Shown here in pieces: positions 1 to 8,808 of a stretch of 42,846 nt of DNA (positions within the stretch are counted from its first letter, which is position 1; each line of letters begins with the position of its first letter). A model generated the notes under the pieces. That model had not been told where the DNA came from. It did no database searches and saw only the letters and a program-made list of their open reading frames with translations. The position numbers and the translations under genes were made by a program. The stretch is from Verrucomicrobiales bacterium (GTDB lineage Bacteria > Verrucomicrobiota > Verrucomicrobiia > Limisphaerales > JAFMIX01): contig JANMJO010000221.1 in NCBI GenBank assembly GCA_031371425.1, positions 1-42,846 of the forward strand. The letters are read 5' to 3'.

Positions 1-903
1 ATCGAGTTCGTGGACATCGCCGGCCTCGTCAAGGGCGCGGCGGCGGGCGAAGGTTTGGGCAACAAGTTTCTCACGCACATCCGCGAGGTGGACGCCATCG
101 TGCAGGTCGTCCGCTGCTTCGAGGATGCGGACATCCACCACGTCGCGGGCAACATTGACCCGGTGCGCGACATCGAGACCATCACCACCGAGCTGGTGCT
201 CGCGGATTTGGAAGCGGTGCAGAAGCGCCTCAGCAGCGTGGCCAAAGACGCCAAGCGCGGCGACAAGGAAGCGATTGTGCAGGAAGCCGTGTTGAAAAAA
301 ATCGAGCCGCACCTGAACGCCGGAAAGCCCGCGCTCACGCTCGAACTCGCGCCGGAAGAAAAGGCCATCTCGCGCCTGTTCTGGCTGATGACGGACAAGT
401 CCACGATCTTCGCGTGCAACGTGAAGGAAGGCGACCTCGCCACGGCGGACACCAATCCGCACGTCCTCAAGGTGCGCGAGTATGTGAAGACGCATCTCGC
501 CTGCGAAGCCGTGGTCATCAGCGCGCAAATTGAGAGCGACCTAGTGGATTTGTCGGCGGACGAGGCGAAGGCGTTTCTCAAGGAACTCGGCGTGGACGAA
601 TCCGGCGTGGGCACGCTCATCCGCGCGACGTATCATCTGCTTGGATTGCGGACGTATTTCACCGCGGGCGAAAAGGAAGTCCGCGCCTGGACCATCCACA
701 ACGGCGACACCGCACCGAAAGCGGCAGGCGTGATTCATTCCGACTTTGAGCGCGGCTTCATCAAAGCCGAAACCGTGGCATACGATGATCTGGTGAAGCT
801 GGGAAGTGTTGCCGCCGCCCGTGAGAAAGGTCTCTACCGAATGGAGGGCAAGGAATATGTCGTCAAAGACGGCGACGTGCTGCTCTTCAAATTCAACGTG
901 TAA
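1..903 (+). CDS. ychF: Ribosome-binding ATPase YchF (Obg-like family), 5'-truncated by window edge
   Basis: Frame 1 is open from base 1 ([42 protein letters not shown]...). Typical YchF C-terminal tail ...[21 protein letters not shown] at 901-903. Confidence 0.93.
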   Translation: MEFVDIAGLVKGAAAGEGLGNKFLTHIREVDAIVQVVRCFEDADIHHVAGNIDPVRDIETITTELVLADLEAVQKRLSSVAKDAKRGDKEAIVQEAVLKKIEPHLNAGKPALTLELAPEEKAISRLFWLMTDKSTIFACNVKEGDLATADTNPHVLKVREYVKTHLACEAVVISAQIESDLVDLSADEAKAFLKELGVDESGVGTLIRATYHLLGLRTYFTAGEKEVRAWTIHNGDTAPKAAGVIHSDFERGFIKAETVAYDDLVKLGSVAAAREKGLYRMEGKEYVVKDGDVLLFKFNV

Positions 904-1801
904 CCGGCGCGGCCAGAGTGAACGCTGCCGTCACGGGGAAATGGTCCGTGTAGAACTTCACGTCTTTGCCCTTGCCGAACTTGTGTTCCTGCACGGAAAG
1001 GGTATCAAACTTCAAGCCAGCCCCGCCCTGCTCCAGCGCGGATGAAATCAGTATGCGGTCGTAAGCCTTGCCGTTCGCGTGCGTGCGCGGCTTCGTGGGC
1101 GAAAGCGAAAAGGTGTCCGTCAGCGGCCCGGCGGGTTTGGTCAGAGTCGCAAGCGCAGCCGCAGCATCGCCGGGCTTCCGAGTCTCGTTGAAGTCGCCGA
1201 GAATGATGAGATTGGCCAGGGGATTTTCCTTGAGATGACGGCCCGCCCAGATTTTTAAAGCGGTGGTCTGTTCCTCCTGCTTCTGGATGCCGCTTCCCCC
1301 GATCGCGCGGCGCAGGTGAACGACGCACACATCCAACGCGCTCACCGCATTCGTCAGCCGCACGACGAGATGTTTGGAGAGCCACTGGTCGAGCGCAACA
1401 TCGCGATGCGCTTGGACGGCGATGCCCCAGCCCAGATCAAAACAAAACAGCCCGCCGACATCTTCGGCAGTGTAGGTGTCCTTGCCTTGAGCGAACAGCG
1501 GGGCGTAACGCTTCTTGTATCTGGCGGCGGCGAGGTGCGCGAGGTGCAGCGCTTCGCGGCCGCGCCCGATCTCCTGCAAGCCGACGAACAGCGGCGCGTC
1601 CGAGGGCAGTAGCGCGACGAGATTGGTCGCTTTGCGCCAGTAGTCGGAAGCGAAGCGGGGCTGGTTGAAATCCTTCGTCGTCTCGCCGCCGCCGAAAAAG
1701 AAATAGCAGTTCATCGTGGTGACACGAACGACATTCGGCTGGGCGCGGACGGAGACGGCGATCAGCAATCCAAACGACAGGATGAATAATCGGGTTCTCA
1801 T
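893..1801 (-). CDS. Secreted endonuclease/exonuclease/phosphatase (EEP) family protein
   Basis: 302-aa ORF with signal-peptide-like N-terminus MRTRLFILSFGLLIAVSVRAQP. EEP-type motifs ILGDFNETR, DRILIS and C-terminal YTDHFPVTAAF. Its 3' end overlaps ychF convergently by 11 nt. Confidence 0.8.
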   Translation of the reverse strand: MRTRLFILSFGLLIAVSVRAQPNVVRVTTMNCYFFFGGGETTKDFNQPRFASDYWRKATNLVALLPSDAPLFVGLQEIGRGREALHLAHLAAARYKKRYAPLFAQGKDTYTAEDVGGLFCFDLGWGIAVQAHRDVALDQWLSKHLVVRLTNAVSALDVCVVHLRRAIGGSGIQKQEEQTTALKIWAGRHLKENPLANLIILGDFNETRKPGDAAAALATLTKPAGPLTDTFSLSPTKPRTHANGKAYDRILISSALEQGGAGLKFDTLSVQEHKFGKGKDVKFYTDHFPVTAAFTLAAPVTR

Positions 1802-1880
1802 GGCCTGTCATTCTAACCGGAGAATCGTTTCCAGCAAGGCGCGGGCTTGAGATTTCCGCGCAGCCGGATACGTTACCCCC

Positions 1881-2105
1881 ATGCCGATTTACGAGTTTCA
1901 TTGCGGGAGTTGCGACACAGACAGCGAGATTCTGGTGCGTTCCAGCGAGTGGCAGGGCGCGAAGTGTCCGCAATGCGGCTCGACCAAATTGGAAAAGAAA
2001 CTGTCCGTGTTCGCCTCGGCCTGCGCCGGTGGCAATCCCTCCCCAGCCAGCACCAAGCCCGTCCGTAGCGGCGGCTGTTGCGGCGGTGGGCCGCACCGGC
2101 ACTGA
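1881..2105 (+). CDS. FmdB-family zinc-ribbon protein (CxxC_CxxC_SSSS type)
   Basis: 74 aa starting MPIYEFHCGSCD...KCPQCGS. Paired CxxC motifs and a Gly/Cys-rich tail characteristic of the FmdB putative regulatory family. Confidence 0.8.
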   Translation: MPIYEFHCGSCDTDSEILVRSSEWQGAKCPQCGSTKLEKKLSVFASACAGGNPSPASTKPVRSGGCCGGGPHRH

Positions 2106-2107
2106 GT

Positions 2108-2183
2108 CTGAAAAGCTGAAACACTAAAAAACTGAAAAGCTGAAATAATTTCAGCTTTTCAGTTTTCAGCATTTCAGCTTTTT
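2108..2183. terminator. Long palindrome built from a 14-nt unit (ctgaaaagctgaaa); likely bidirectional terminator between convergent genes
   Basis: Two direct copies of ctgaaaagctgaaa (2108-2121, 2132-2145) are followed by inverted copies (tttcagcttttcag 2149-2162 plus a degenerate copy to ~2183). The perfect 19-bp arms are aaaactgaaaagctgaaat / atttcagcttttcagtttt around position 2147, with T-runs on both strands. Confidence 0.55.
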
Positions 2184-2858
2184 GGAACAAACTTCCGCCG
2201 CCGTCACTTCGCGCAAATCCTTCACGCACCAGTCCGGCGCGTGTTTCCTGATCTCCTCGAACGCCGCGCCGCCGGTGGCCACGGCAATGACCCGCGCCCC
2301 GATGGCGCGACCGCAACTGATGTCGTGCGGCGTGTCGCCAACGACGATGATTTGGTCGCCGCGCAAATCCTCCTGGAGATGGCGGTTGACGCGCTTGTGC
2401 GCGGCCTCCGCGATTTGATTGCGGTCCTCGTGATCGTCGGCGAACGCGCCGGTGGCGAATTCCTGCCAGAGGCCGTAGTGGCGCAGCTTGATTTCCGCAC
2501 CGAGCCGGATGTTGCCGGTGAGCAGGCCGATGAGCGGCGGCTCGGGCAGCGCGCGCAAATCAGCGATGAACTGCCACACGCCGGGGCAGACGCCGCCGAT
2601 GCATTGCGGGAGCAACTGATCCAGCCAGAAGACGTAGGCATCGAGAAAGCGGCGGATATTTTCCGAGGTTGGCTCAAGGCGATGCAGGATGAGGAATTCC
2701 CGGACAAGGCCCGTGTCTGTGCGCCCGGCGAATTTCATGTGCGCCGTGCCGTTGGCGATGCCGAAGGCGGTTTCGCCTGCGAGGGCAAAAGCCTTCACGC
2801 CCGCGCCGCCGGTGCGGATGAGCGTGCCATCAATGTCGAAAAGAACTGCGCGAGCCAT
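2166..2858 (-). CDS. HAD-superfamily hydrolase (phosphoglycolate phosphatase-like)
   Basis: The track ORF extends to 2996, but the conserved HAD motif I begins right after the internal Met at 2858 (MARAVLFDIDGTLIRTGG). Motif III/IV-like IIVVGDTPHDISCG is present. TGA at 2166-2168. Confidence 0.85.
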   Translation of the reverse strand: MARAVLFDIDGTLIRTGGAGVKAFALAGETAFGIANGTAHMKFAGRTDTGLVREFLILHRLEPTSENIRRFLDAYVFWLDQLLPQCIGGVCPGVWQFIADLRALPEPPLIGLLTGNIRLGAEIKLRHYGLWQEFATGAFADDHEDRNQIAEAAHKRVNRHLQEDLRGDQIIVVGDTPHDISCGRAIGARVIAVATGGAAFEEIRKHAPDWCVKDLREVTAAEVCSKKLKC

Positions 2859-3056
2859 GCGCAAGAGATTAGGCTGGAACAAGGAGGATGACAATGCCGC
2901 CGCCGGAAAAACTCTGTGGCTGCAGCCCGGTGTCTGGAGAGAGGCGTGAAGTTTACAGCCGTTCAACCGCTTTCGGGTGCGGTTGACCGAAGCCACGGTG
3001 TTAATGGAAGCCTCCCTATAACCAAACGAACAGAAGCGTTCGCCCTGCGGAAAAAC

Positions 3057-3461
3057 TCACGGCTCGCTCGTAATCTTCGACCAGTCCGCGCCCAGCGTGC
3101 CGGCGTAGATGGCGAAGGCTTTCTCGTTCTGGATCAGCACGGCACGAACCACGCTGGAGTCATCTGCGCGGTGCAGATGCGGGACGTAGTCCGGGATGAT
3201 GCCGGCCTTCTTGTGCGCGTAGATGAGGGCAAAGACGGCTTCGGCAAAAGCGACATAGGGCAGATCGCGGTAAGCGCCCTCCGCGAAATCCTCCACGGCG
3301 TCCGCCAGAAATTCCAACTGATCCACGAGGTGCGGATAATTGGGCTCGTTGATCTGCGTGAACTCCACTTTCCAAAGCGGGAGTTGGCGCAACACTTTTT
3401 CCACGATGGCCGGGGTGACCATCGCGGCGCCGTGATCCACGAATTTTACGATCTCAGGCAT
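3057..3461 (-). CDS. Hypothetical protein (134 aa) co-transcribed with ferredoxin
   Basis: Start chosen at MPEIVKFVDHG (ATG 3461-3459), preceded by GGAGA about 11 nt upstream and lying 7 nt after the ferredoxin stop. The longer track ORF (to 3584) would overlap the ferredoxin CDS. No family recognised. Confidence 0.6.
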   Translation of the reverse strand: MPEIVKFVDHGAAMVTPAIVEKVLRQLPLWKVEFTQINEPNYPHLVDQLEFLADAVEDFAEGAYRDLPYVAFAEAVFALIYAHKKAGIIPDYVPHLHRADDSSVVRAVLIQNEKAFAIYAGTLGADWSKITSEP

Positions 3462-3468
3462 GGCAAAA

Positions 3469-3702
3469 TTATTCTCCGTCGTTGCCGATGGAGCCAGTCG
3501 GGCAGACATCGAGCGCGGCCTGCGCGGCGGCGTCCTCGGCGGCCCCGGCGGGTTGCTTGGCGAAATAGACATGGCTCTGGTCATCGCTGAACTTCAGCAG
3601 CGTGGGTGCGGCATCCACGCAGACGTTGCAGGGGACGCAGGTGGTGTCCACATACCATTTGCCGGGGACGTTCTCGGGCTGCTTGCTTGTTTTATCGGCC
3701 AT
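3469..3702 (-). CDS. Small single-cluster ferredoxin
   Basis: 77 aa with cluster ligands C-VP-C-NV-C ... C-P (CxxCxxC...CP) in WYVDTTCVPCNVCVDAAP...LDVCPTGSI. Confidence 0.85.
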   Translation of the reverse strand: MADKTSKQPENVPGKWYVDTTCVPCNVCVDAAPTLLKFSDDQSHVYFAKQPAGAAEDAAAQAALDVCPTGSIGNDGE

Positions 3703-3857
3703 AAATTTAGTGGGGTCGGTTTGTTTTCAGTTCTGTGCTTGTCTGACGTCATCGTAATCGCCGGTCGCGGGGAAGCAAGGGGTTTTCAGAGTTTCCCAAA
3801 AACTTCAGCCGGTTTGCATGCGAGAATCGAAACTGTCACCTGCGGGCAGGTAAATAT

Positions 3858-3885
3858 TTGACACAACCGGAACAGTGAATAATAT
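3858..3885 (+). promoter_or_regulatory. Sigma70-like promoter candidate for the acyltransferase gene
   Basis: TTGACA (3858-3863), a 16-nt spacer, then TAATAT (3880-3885), about 50 nt upstream of ATG 3937, in an AT-richer divergent intergenic region. Confidence 0.35.
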
Positions 3886-3936
3886 CACCGTGTAAAAATC
3901 GCAAAATACCAGAGCAGTTTCCAATCAGTCATTTCA

Positions 3937-5190
3937 ATGAAGCACTTCGCCAAGCCCTGCTCTTCTTCGGAAAGCAAGCCGCAGGCATTATCCGGCGACA
4001 AGGCAGGCAGACTCCTGCACCTCGAATCCATCCGGGGATTGGCCGCGCTGACGGTGGTTTTATTCCATGCCGTGTTTGCATTTTTCCCGGCGCTGCGCCT
4101 GACCGATCCGATCGCCTTACAAAATCAATCGCTGGCGGTGCGGGTCATCGCCAATTCGCCGTTGACGGTGTTCTTTTCGGGGCCGTTCGCGGTGGTGGTC
4201 TTTTTTGTGTTGAGCGGTTTTGTCCTGTCGTATTCGTTTTTTTTGAGGCCGAACTTTACGGTTTTGATATCAGCAGCCATCCGCCGCTACTTCCGGCTGG
4301 CCATTCCAGTCACGGCTTCAACCCTTTTTGCCTACGGCTTGTTGCGGAGCGGCGCCTATTTCAATCAGGAGGCGGCCCCCTTGGTGGGGATCAATCATGA
4401 ATTGTCGGATTTTTACACCTTCATCCCATCCCTAGCGACAGCCTTGAAAGAAGGGTTGATGAGCGTGTTTATTGCGGTGGACTACAAGGCGTCATATAAT
4501 TCCGTGCTATGGACGATGAAGACCGAATTCGCCGGTTCGTTCTTGGCTTATGTATTTTTGGCGGTATTCGGCCAGTGGCGCTGGCGCTGGCTCGGATACA
4601 TTGGATTGGCGATGGGAGTGGCGGTTAGCGGCCGCTTCTACGCTTTGAATTTTTTGTTGGGCATGGCGATTTGCGACCTCTACACCCACCGGGTGTTGAA
4701 CCGGAAAGAATTATTTCCCGTGACCCTGCCGATTGTGGCGGGCATGTTCGTTTTGGGGATTTACTTCGGTTCGTATCACAGCGCCAATCTGCCGTTGTAT
4801 TGCTGGATGGGCTGGGCCAGTCCGTTGCTGTGGCATTCCATCGGCGCCGTATTAATCATTCTGGCTGCGGTGCTTTCCCGGCGGATTCAATTCGTCCTAA
4901 ACGCGCCCGCCTGCACCCAGCTCGGCAAGATTTCATTTTCACTGTATCTGGTGCATTTCCCCATTTTGTTGTCGTTCGGCTGTTATCTTTATTATCTGTG
5001 CACCAGCCACGCGCTGGCCCGACCGGTAGCTGTGGTAGTGGCGACTCTGGGCGGAGTGTTGGCCTCGTTGCTGGTGGCGTGGCTTTTCTATTTGTGGATC
5101 GAAAGGCCCATGGTGACGCTGGGCAAACAGTTCATCCAATCCCGCCTCCAAGCGTGGCAGGCGCGGAAAATAAAGGTAGCGGGAAGCTAA
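3937..5190 (+). CDS. Acyltransferase family 3 (OafA/YrhL-like) integral membrane O-acyltransferase
   Basis: 417 aa that is multi-TM throughout. N-terminal signature LESIRGLAALTVVLFHA is typical of acyltransferase_3. Confidence 0.85.
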   Translation: MKHFAKPCSSSESKPQALSGDKAGRLLHLESIRGLAALTVVLFHAVFAFFPALRLTDPIALQNQSLAVRVIANSPLTVFFSGPFAVVVFFVLSGFVLSYSFFLRPNFTVLISAAIRRYFRLAIPVTASTLFAYGLLRSGAYFNQEAAPLVGINHELSDFYTFIPSLATALKEGLMSVFIAVDYKASYNSVLWTMKTEFAGSFLAYVFLAVFGQWRWRWLGYIGLAMGVAVSGRFYALNFLLGMAICDLYTHRVLNRKELFPVTLPIVAGMFVLGIYFGSYHSANLPLYCWMGWASPLLWHSIGAVLIILAAVLSRRIQFVLNAPACTQLGKISFSLYLVHFPILLSFGCYLYYLCTSHALARPVAVVVATLGGVLASLLVAWLFYLWIERPMVTLGKQFIQSRLQAWQARKIKVAGS

Positions 5191-5221
5191 TCCTGACAGC
5201 GCACCGCTCCGGGCCGCTAAC

Positions 5222-5839
5222 TCAAGCCTTCCCAGAGTCAGGCAAATCCAACCGCGCCATGAAGTGCAGCGAGCGGCCGAACACCCAATTGGCCGGCGGC
5301 GGATACAATCCTAAATCTTTTTTCCAAACACTGACTTCGAGCTTCAATCGGGCAAAGGTTTCCAGCCAGCGCTCGCGCGGCCAATAGTTATACGGGAGGG
5401 CCACGCCATGCCGCGCATTGCCGACCCAGTCCATGAAGCGCAACGTTGGACCGGCCAGAAATCCGTTCAGGGTGTGATCCTTGATCACCACATGCCGCCG
5501 GCTCACCCGCCGGGCTTCGGCGAGCAATTCCTCCTGCCGTTCGACGTGATGCAGCACGTCCACGAACATGACGACATCGAAACTGCCGTTCTCATGCGGA
5601 ATGAATTGGCCGTCAAAAGCCTTGACCGGCACATAGGCTTGAGGGCGGAGCAGCACGTCAATCCCCTCGATTTTCAAATCTGGACGGCGCTGCAGAATCA
5701 GGTGCGCGAGCAAACCGTCGCCGCAACCCACATCCAGCACCCGCGCCCCTTGCGGCAGCAACTCCGCCAAATGTCCGCACATCACGCGCACTCGCCGGCT
5801 GTGGACGTAGCCACCGTGAATCGCATCCAGCATGCTCAT
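5222..5839 (-). CDS. Class I SAM-dependent methyltransferase
   Basis: Starts at MSMLDAIHGG (ATG 5839-5837), overlapping the TGA of the upstream GT2 (ATGA). Motif I is VLDVGCGDGLL. The 460-aa track ORF upstream extension is out of context because it overlaps the GT2 gene. Confidence 0.85.
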   Translation of the reverse strand: MSMLDAIHGGYVHSRRVRVMCGHLAELLPQGARVLDVGCGDGLLAHLILQRRPDLKIEGIDVLLRPQAYVPVKAFDGQFIPHENGSFDVVMFVDVLHHVERQEELLAEARRVSRRHVVIKDHTLNGFLAGPTLRFMDWVGNARHGVALPYNYWPRERWLETFARLKLEVSVWKKDLGLYPPPANWVFGRSLHFMARLDLPDSGKA

Positions 5840-7017
5840 TTGTGGTGCATTCCCAAGATGCTCACAAAGAAACTGGAGAGGATGGTTTGAAATCCCAAGG
5901 CGGTCAGCGTGACGCCCGGCACGACCCATCGCATCGTGTGCGCGTATTCGAGCTGGCCAAAACCGACCCCCCACCATTGGGCGACGGCCCCGAGCAGCAG
6001 CCCCATGCCCACCACAAACGCCACCGCGCCGGCCGCCAGACCGCGTTCCAAATTCATCACCCCATAAAAGCGGTTCAACGCCGCATCTTCCGGCAGCAAC
6101 CCCTCGCTCACCGCCAGAGTCTTGGCGAAAAGTCCGAACAGCACGGCCTGATAACCCATCAGCATCGCGAGACTCGCAAACAACAGCGTGTGCGCGTCGA
6201 ACGTCGCGCCCCGAATCGTCACGCCCGGCATCGCCAACGCGTAACCCAGAATCCCCAATAGAATCAAAAACATTCCCGGCACGCCGAACAGCCAGCGCGG
6301 ACTGAACATCAGATACAGCCGCAATGTGCGCCAGCCGTCGCGGACAGTCCGCAGATGCGGGCGGCGCGTGATGCGGCCATCGGGGTGCAATGTGATGGGC
6401 ACCTCGGAAATTTTCACGCGGTTCAAGCCGGATTTCAAAATCATCTCGGTCGCAAATTCCATTCCGGTGCAACGCAAGTCGAGCCGGGTGAACAATTCCT
6501 TGGTGAACGCGCGCAGACCGCAGTAGGCATCGTGGATGGGCGCGCGGAACATGAACCGCGCCATGAGCGAGAAACCGGGATTGCCGATCCAACGGTGCGA
6601 CCACGGCATCGCTCCGGGCTTCACCGTGCCGCCGCCGGCGGGCAGGCGGCAGCCTTGTACGAGGTCGAAGCCTTCGCGAAGGCGCGCCAGAAATTTCGGT
6701 GCGTCGAGGAAATCGTAGCTGTCGTCCGCGTCGCCCATGAGGATGTATTTGCCGCGAGCGGCGGTGATGCCGGCCATGAGGGCGTTGCCGTAGCCTTTGG
6801 CGGGGACGTTGATGACGCGTGCGCCGAGGCGGGCGGCGATCTCTTGGCAGCCGTCGGTGCTGCCGTTGTCGGCGATGATGACTTCACCGGCGATGTGATT
6901 CTCAGCAAGCTAGCGGAGCGCCTTGCGGACGCAGGTTTCCAGCGTCTCGGCCTCGTTGAGGCAGGGCATGACGATGGAAAATTCCACGAGCGAATTGTCG
7001 TCGGTTGCAGGTGGCAT
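5836..7017 (-). pseudogene. GT2 polyprenyl-phosphate glycosyltransferase (ArnC/GtrB/DPM1-like, C-terminal TM helices) interrupted by an in-frame TAG at codon 36
   Basis: My translation from ATG 7017 gives MPPATDDNSLVEFSIVMPCLNEAETLETCVRKALR*LAENHIAGEVIIADNGSTDGCQEIAARLGARVINVPAKGYGNALMAGITAARGKYILMGDADDSYDF..., all in one frame. The TAG lies at 6912-6910. The track ORF only restarts at Met 6777, which would remove the nucleotide-binding N-terminus. Confidence 0.7.
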
Positions 7018-7084
7018 AGGGCGAAATTGTAGGGCGAATTTTTCTGCCGAGTAAAGGTTATTGTCCGCCGCGCCCCGATGCGTC

Positions 7085-8680
7085 CTATTGGCTGGCTTGA
7101 CCGGCGAACGAAGGATTTTCCAGCACGATCAGGCCGGGCGTGGGTTGGATAACGGAGTCCCCGCGAATCTTTGACAGCATGCGCATCGCGAGTTCGCGGA
7201 CGAAAACATGGTCACCGGAAAATGCCGCGACTTGTCGCCAGCCTTCCGTAATTTTTTTCTCCAATTTTTCCGGCTGAACCTGCGCCGCAAGCACCAGGTA
7301 ACGCGCCTCGCGGCACGCGCCCATCCGCGCTCCCGGCAGATGGCTGATTTTGCGAACCGTGGTGACGCGACCGAGATCGCTGGCGCAGGCAAACCGCGCC
7401 GCCGCAGGAGAAAAATTTTGTGCAGCCCGCACGCCAAAATAAACAAACGGCTCGGCGGTCGTGCCCGGCGCGTTGTATTCCGAGACGGCAAACTGCCGGT
7501 GTGCGGAAAGTTTCGCGCGACCTAGATCGAGCAGCGCGCCAAGCAACCCGCTGGCGATGATTGCCCCCACGGCGAGGCCGCGCCACAAACCCGGACGCAA
7601 ACTCAGCAGCCACACCGCCAGCAACGAAAGACAGGGGATGGTCAGCACCGAAAGGTAGCGCGGGTCGCGTTGCAGCGTCAGCCATTTCACCGGACTCGTC
7701 GTGCCCCAGGAAAACCAGACGAAACCGACCACCAGCCACAACACCAGCGCAGTGGGCATCCGCCGATAGTTCCAAACGCCAACGGCCAGCCCTGCGGCCA
7801 AAAAGAGCCCCAGATCATGACTGACGAACAGGGAAAAAATCGGATCGAGCCAAAACCCGCCGCCCGCGCTGGAACTGGCAATAATCTGCAAATCGGTTGG
7901 ATCATCCACCGCATGAACAATTGCATTCAGACGATAGTTCCAGCTCCCCGCCGTGACCTGATACAGCAGCATTTCGCCGGCAAGAATCAGTACTGCGGGC
8001 GGCACGACCCAAAGAATTTTCGGACGCCGCCAGCGGCCCGCCTGAAACCAGAGCGCCAAGTAAATCGGACCGAGCATGACGACAGTTTCGCGGAACAGCC
8101 AGCCCAGGCCAAAAAAAAGTGACGCCAGCGCATATTCCCACGTCCGCTCGGAATGCAGCGCACGGTGCCAGAACAGCAGGCTCAACGCTCCCAGTAGTCC
8201 CACCCAGAGATCTGGAAAAAGATAGCTGGAAAGCAGCACATTCAACGGAAAGAAAACGCAGAGCCAGGCCGCCATCCGCGCCGCCCGTTCCGGGATGAAA
8301 TGGCGGGAGACGTAAAAGGTAAGCCCCACTTCCAGCAGGCCACCCATCATCGTGAAAATGTAGGGCACCCAGACTTTCAAGCCAAAAACCTTGAGGAGCA
8401 GCGCGGATGGCAGCACAAAGCCGATGCGCGTGTGCCAGTGGGTCGGCTCCGGGGGCCATACATTGTCCAGCCCTGTGGCGATAATCTGCATCCAGTAATT
8501 CACGTCATCGTGCAACGAAGGCCCACAGAAAAAATACAGCCGCACCACTAGCGCCACCGCCAGACACGGCAACAGAAACCGGAAATCACTTTTCCAGTCG
8601 CGAAGTTCAGGATGGGCGGGCGCAGTCAATGAGTGTTGAAGTGTAGCGAACGGCGACAGCGGGCAAAGTGAATTTTTCAA
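7085..8680 (-). CDS. GT-C fold membrane glycosyltransferase (ArnT / PMT_2 / GT39-GT83-like)
   Basis: 531 aa with about 10 or more TM segments. N-terminal region RLYFFCGPSLHDDVNYWMQIIATG resembles the ArnT/PMT loop-1 acidic motif. A soluble C-terminal domain is present. Sits directly upstream of a GT2 polyprenyl-P sugar synthase. Confidence 0.8.
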   Translation of the reverse strand: MKNSLCPLSPFATLQHSLTAPAHPELRDWKSDFRFLLPCLAVALVVRLYFFCGPSLHDDVNYWMQIIATGLDNVWPPEPTHWHTRIGFVLPSALLLKVFGLKVWVPYIFTMMGGLLEVGLTFYVSRHFIPERAARMAAWLCVFFPLNVLLSSYLFPDLWVGLLGALSLLFWHRALHSERTWEYALASLFFGLGWLFRETVVMLGPIYLALWFQAGRWRRPKILWVVPPAVLILAGEMLLYQVTAGSWNYRLNAIVHAVDDPTDLQIIASSSAGGGFWLDPIFSLFVSHDLGLFLAAGLAVGVWNYRRMPTALVLWLVVGFVWFSWGTTSPVKWLTLQRDPRYLSVLTIPCLSLLAVWLLSLRPGLWRGLAVGAIIASGLLGALLDLGRAKLSAHRQFAVSEYNAPGTTAEPFVYFGVRAAQNFSPAAARFACASDLGRVTTVRKISHLPGARMGACREARYLVLAAQVQPEKLEKKITEGWRQVAAFSGDHVFVRELAMRMLSKIRGDSVIQPTPGLIVLENPSFAGQASQ

Positions 8681-8808
8681 GCGAACACCCGCAGCATCGA
8701 GCGGCGGCAGGATTTATTCCAAACCGGGATTGCACTGACCGCCCCCATCCCCTACTCTGCCGCCAGATTAATCCGCCACCGCAATCAACGGCGGACAACA
8801 CATTCATC

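Noticed and set aside
2964-2985. Hairpin caaccgc-N8-gcggttg downstream of the 3057 gene, a possible terminator
   Set aside because: The stem is short and no T-tract follows on either strand, so it is not convincing as an intrinsic terminator.
5840-6604. N-terminal 255 aa of the 460-aa track ORF 5222..6604 (minus strand)
   Set aside because: It runs out of frame through the GT2 gene and has an Arg/Gly/Ala-rich nonsense composition. The methyltransferase fold starts at Met 5839, which overlaps the GT2 stop.
8668-8808. Upstream extension of the TPR/GspE_N gene (the track ORF starts at 8668)
   Set aside because: The extension overlaps the divergent GT-C gene start, is low-complexity (PHPLLCRQINPPPQ), and has ordinary non-coding composition. 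The Met at 8809 is the more plausible start.
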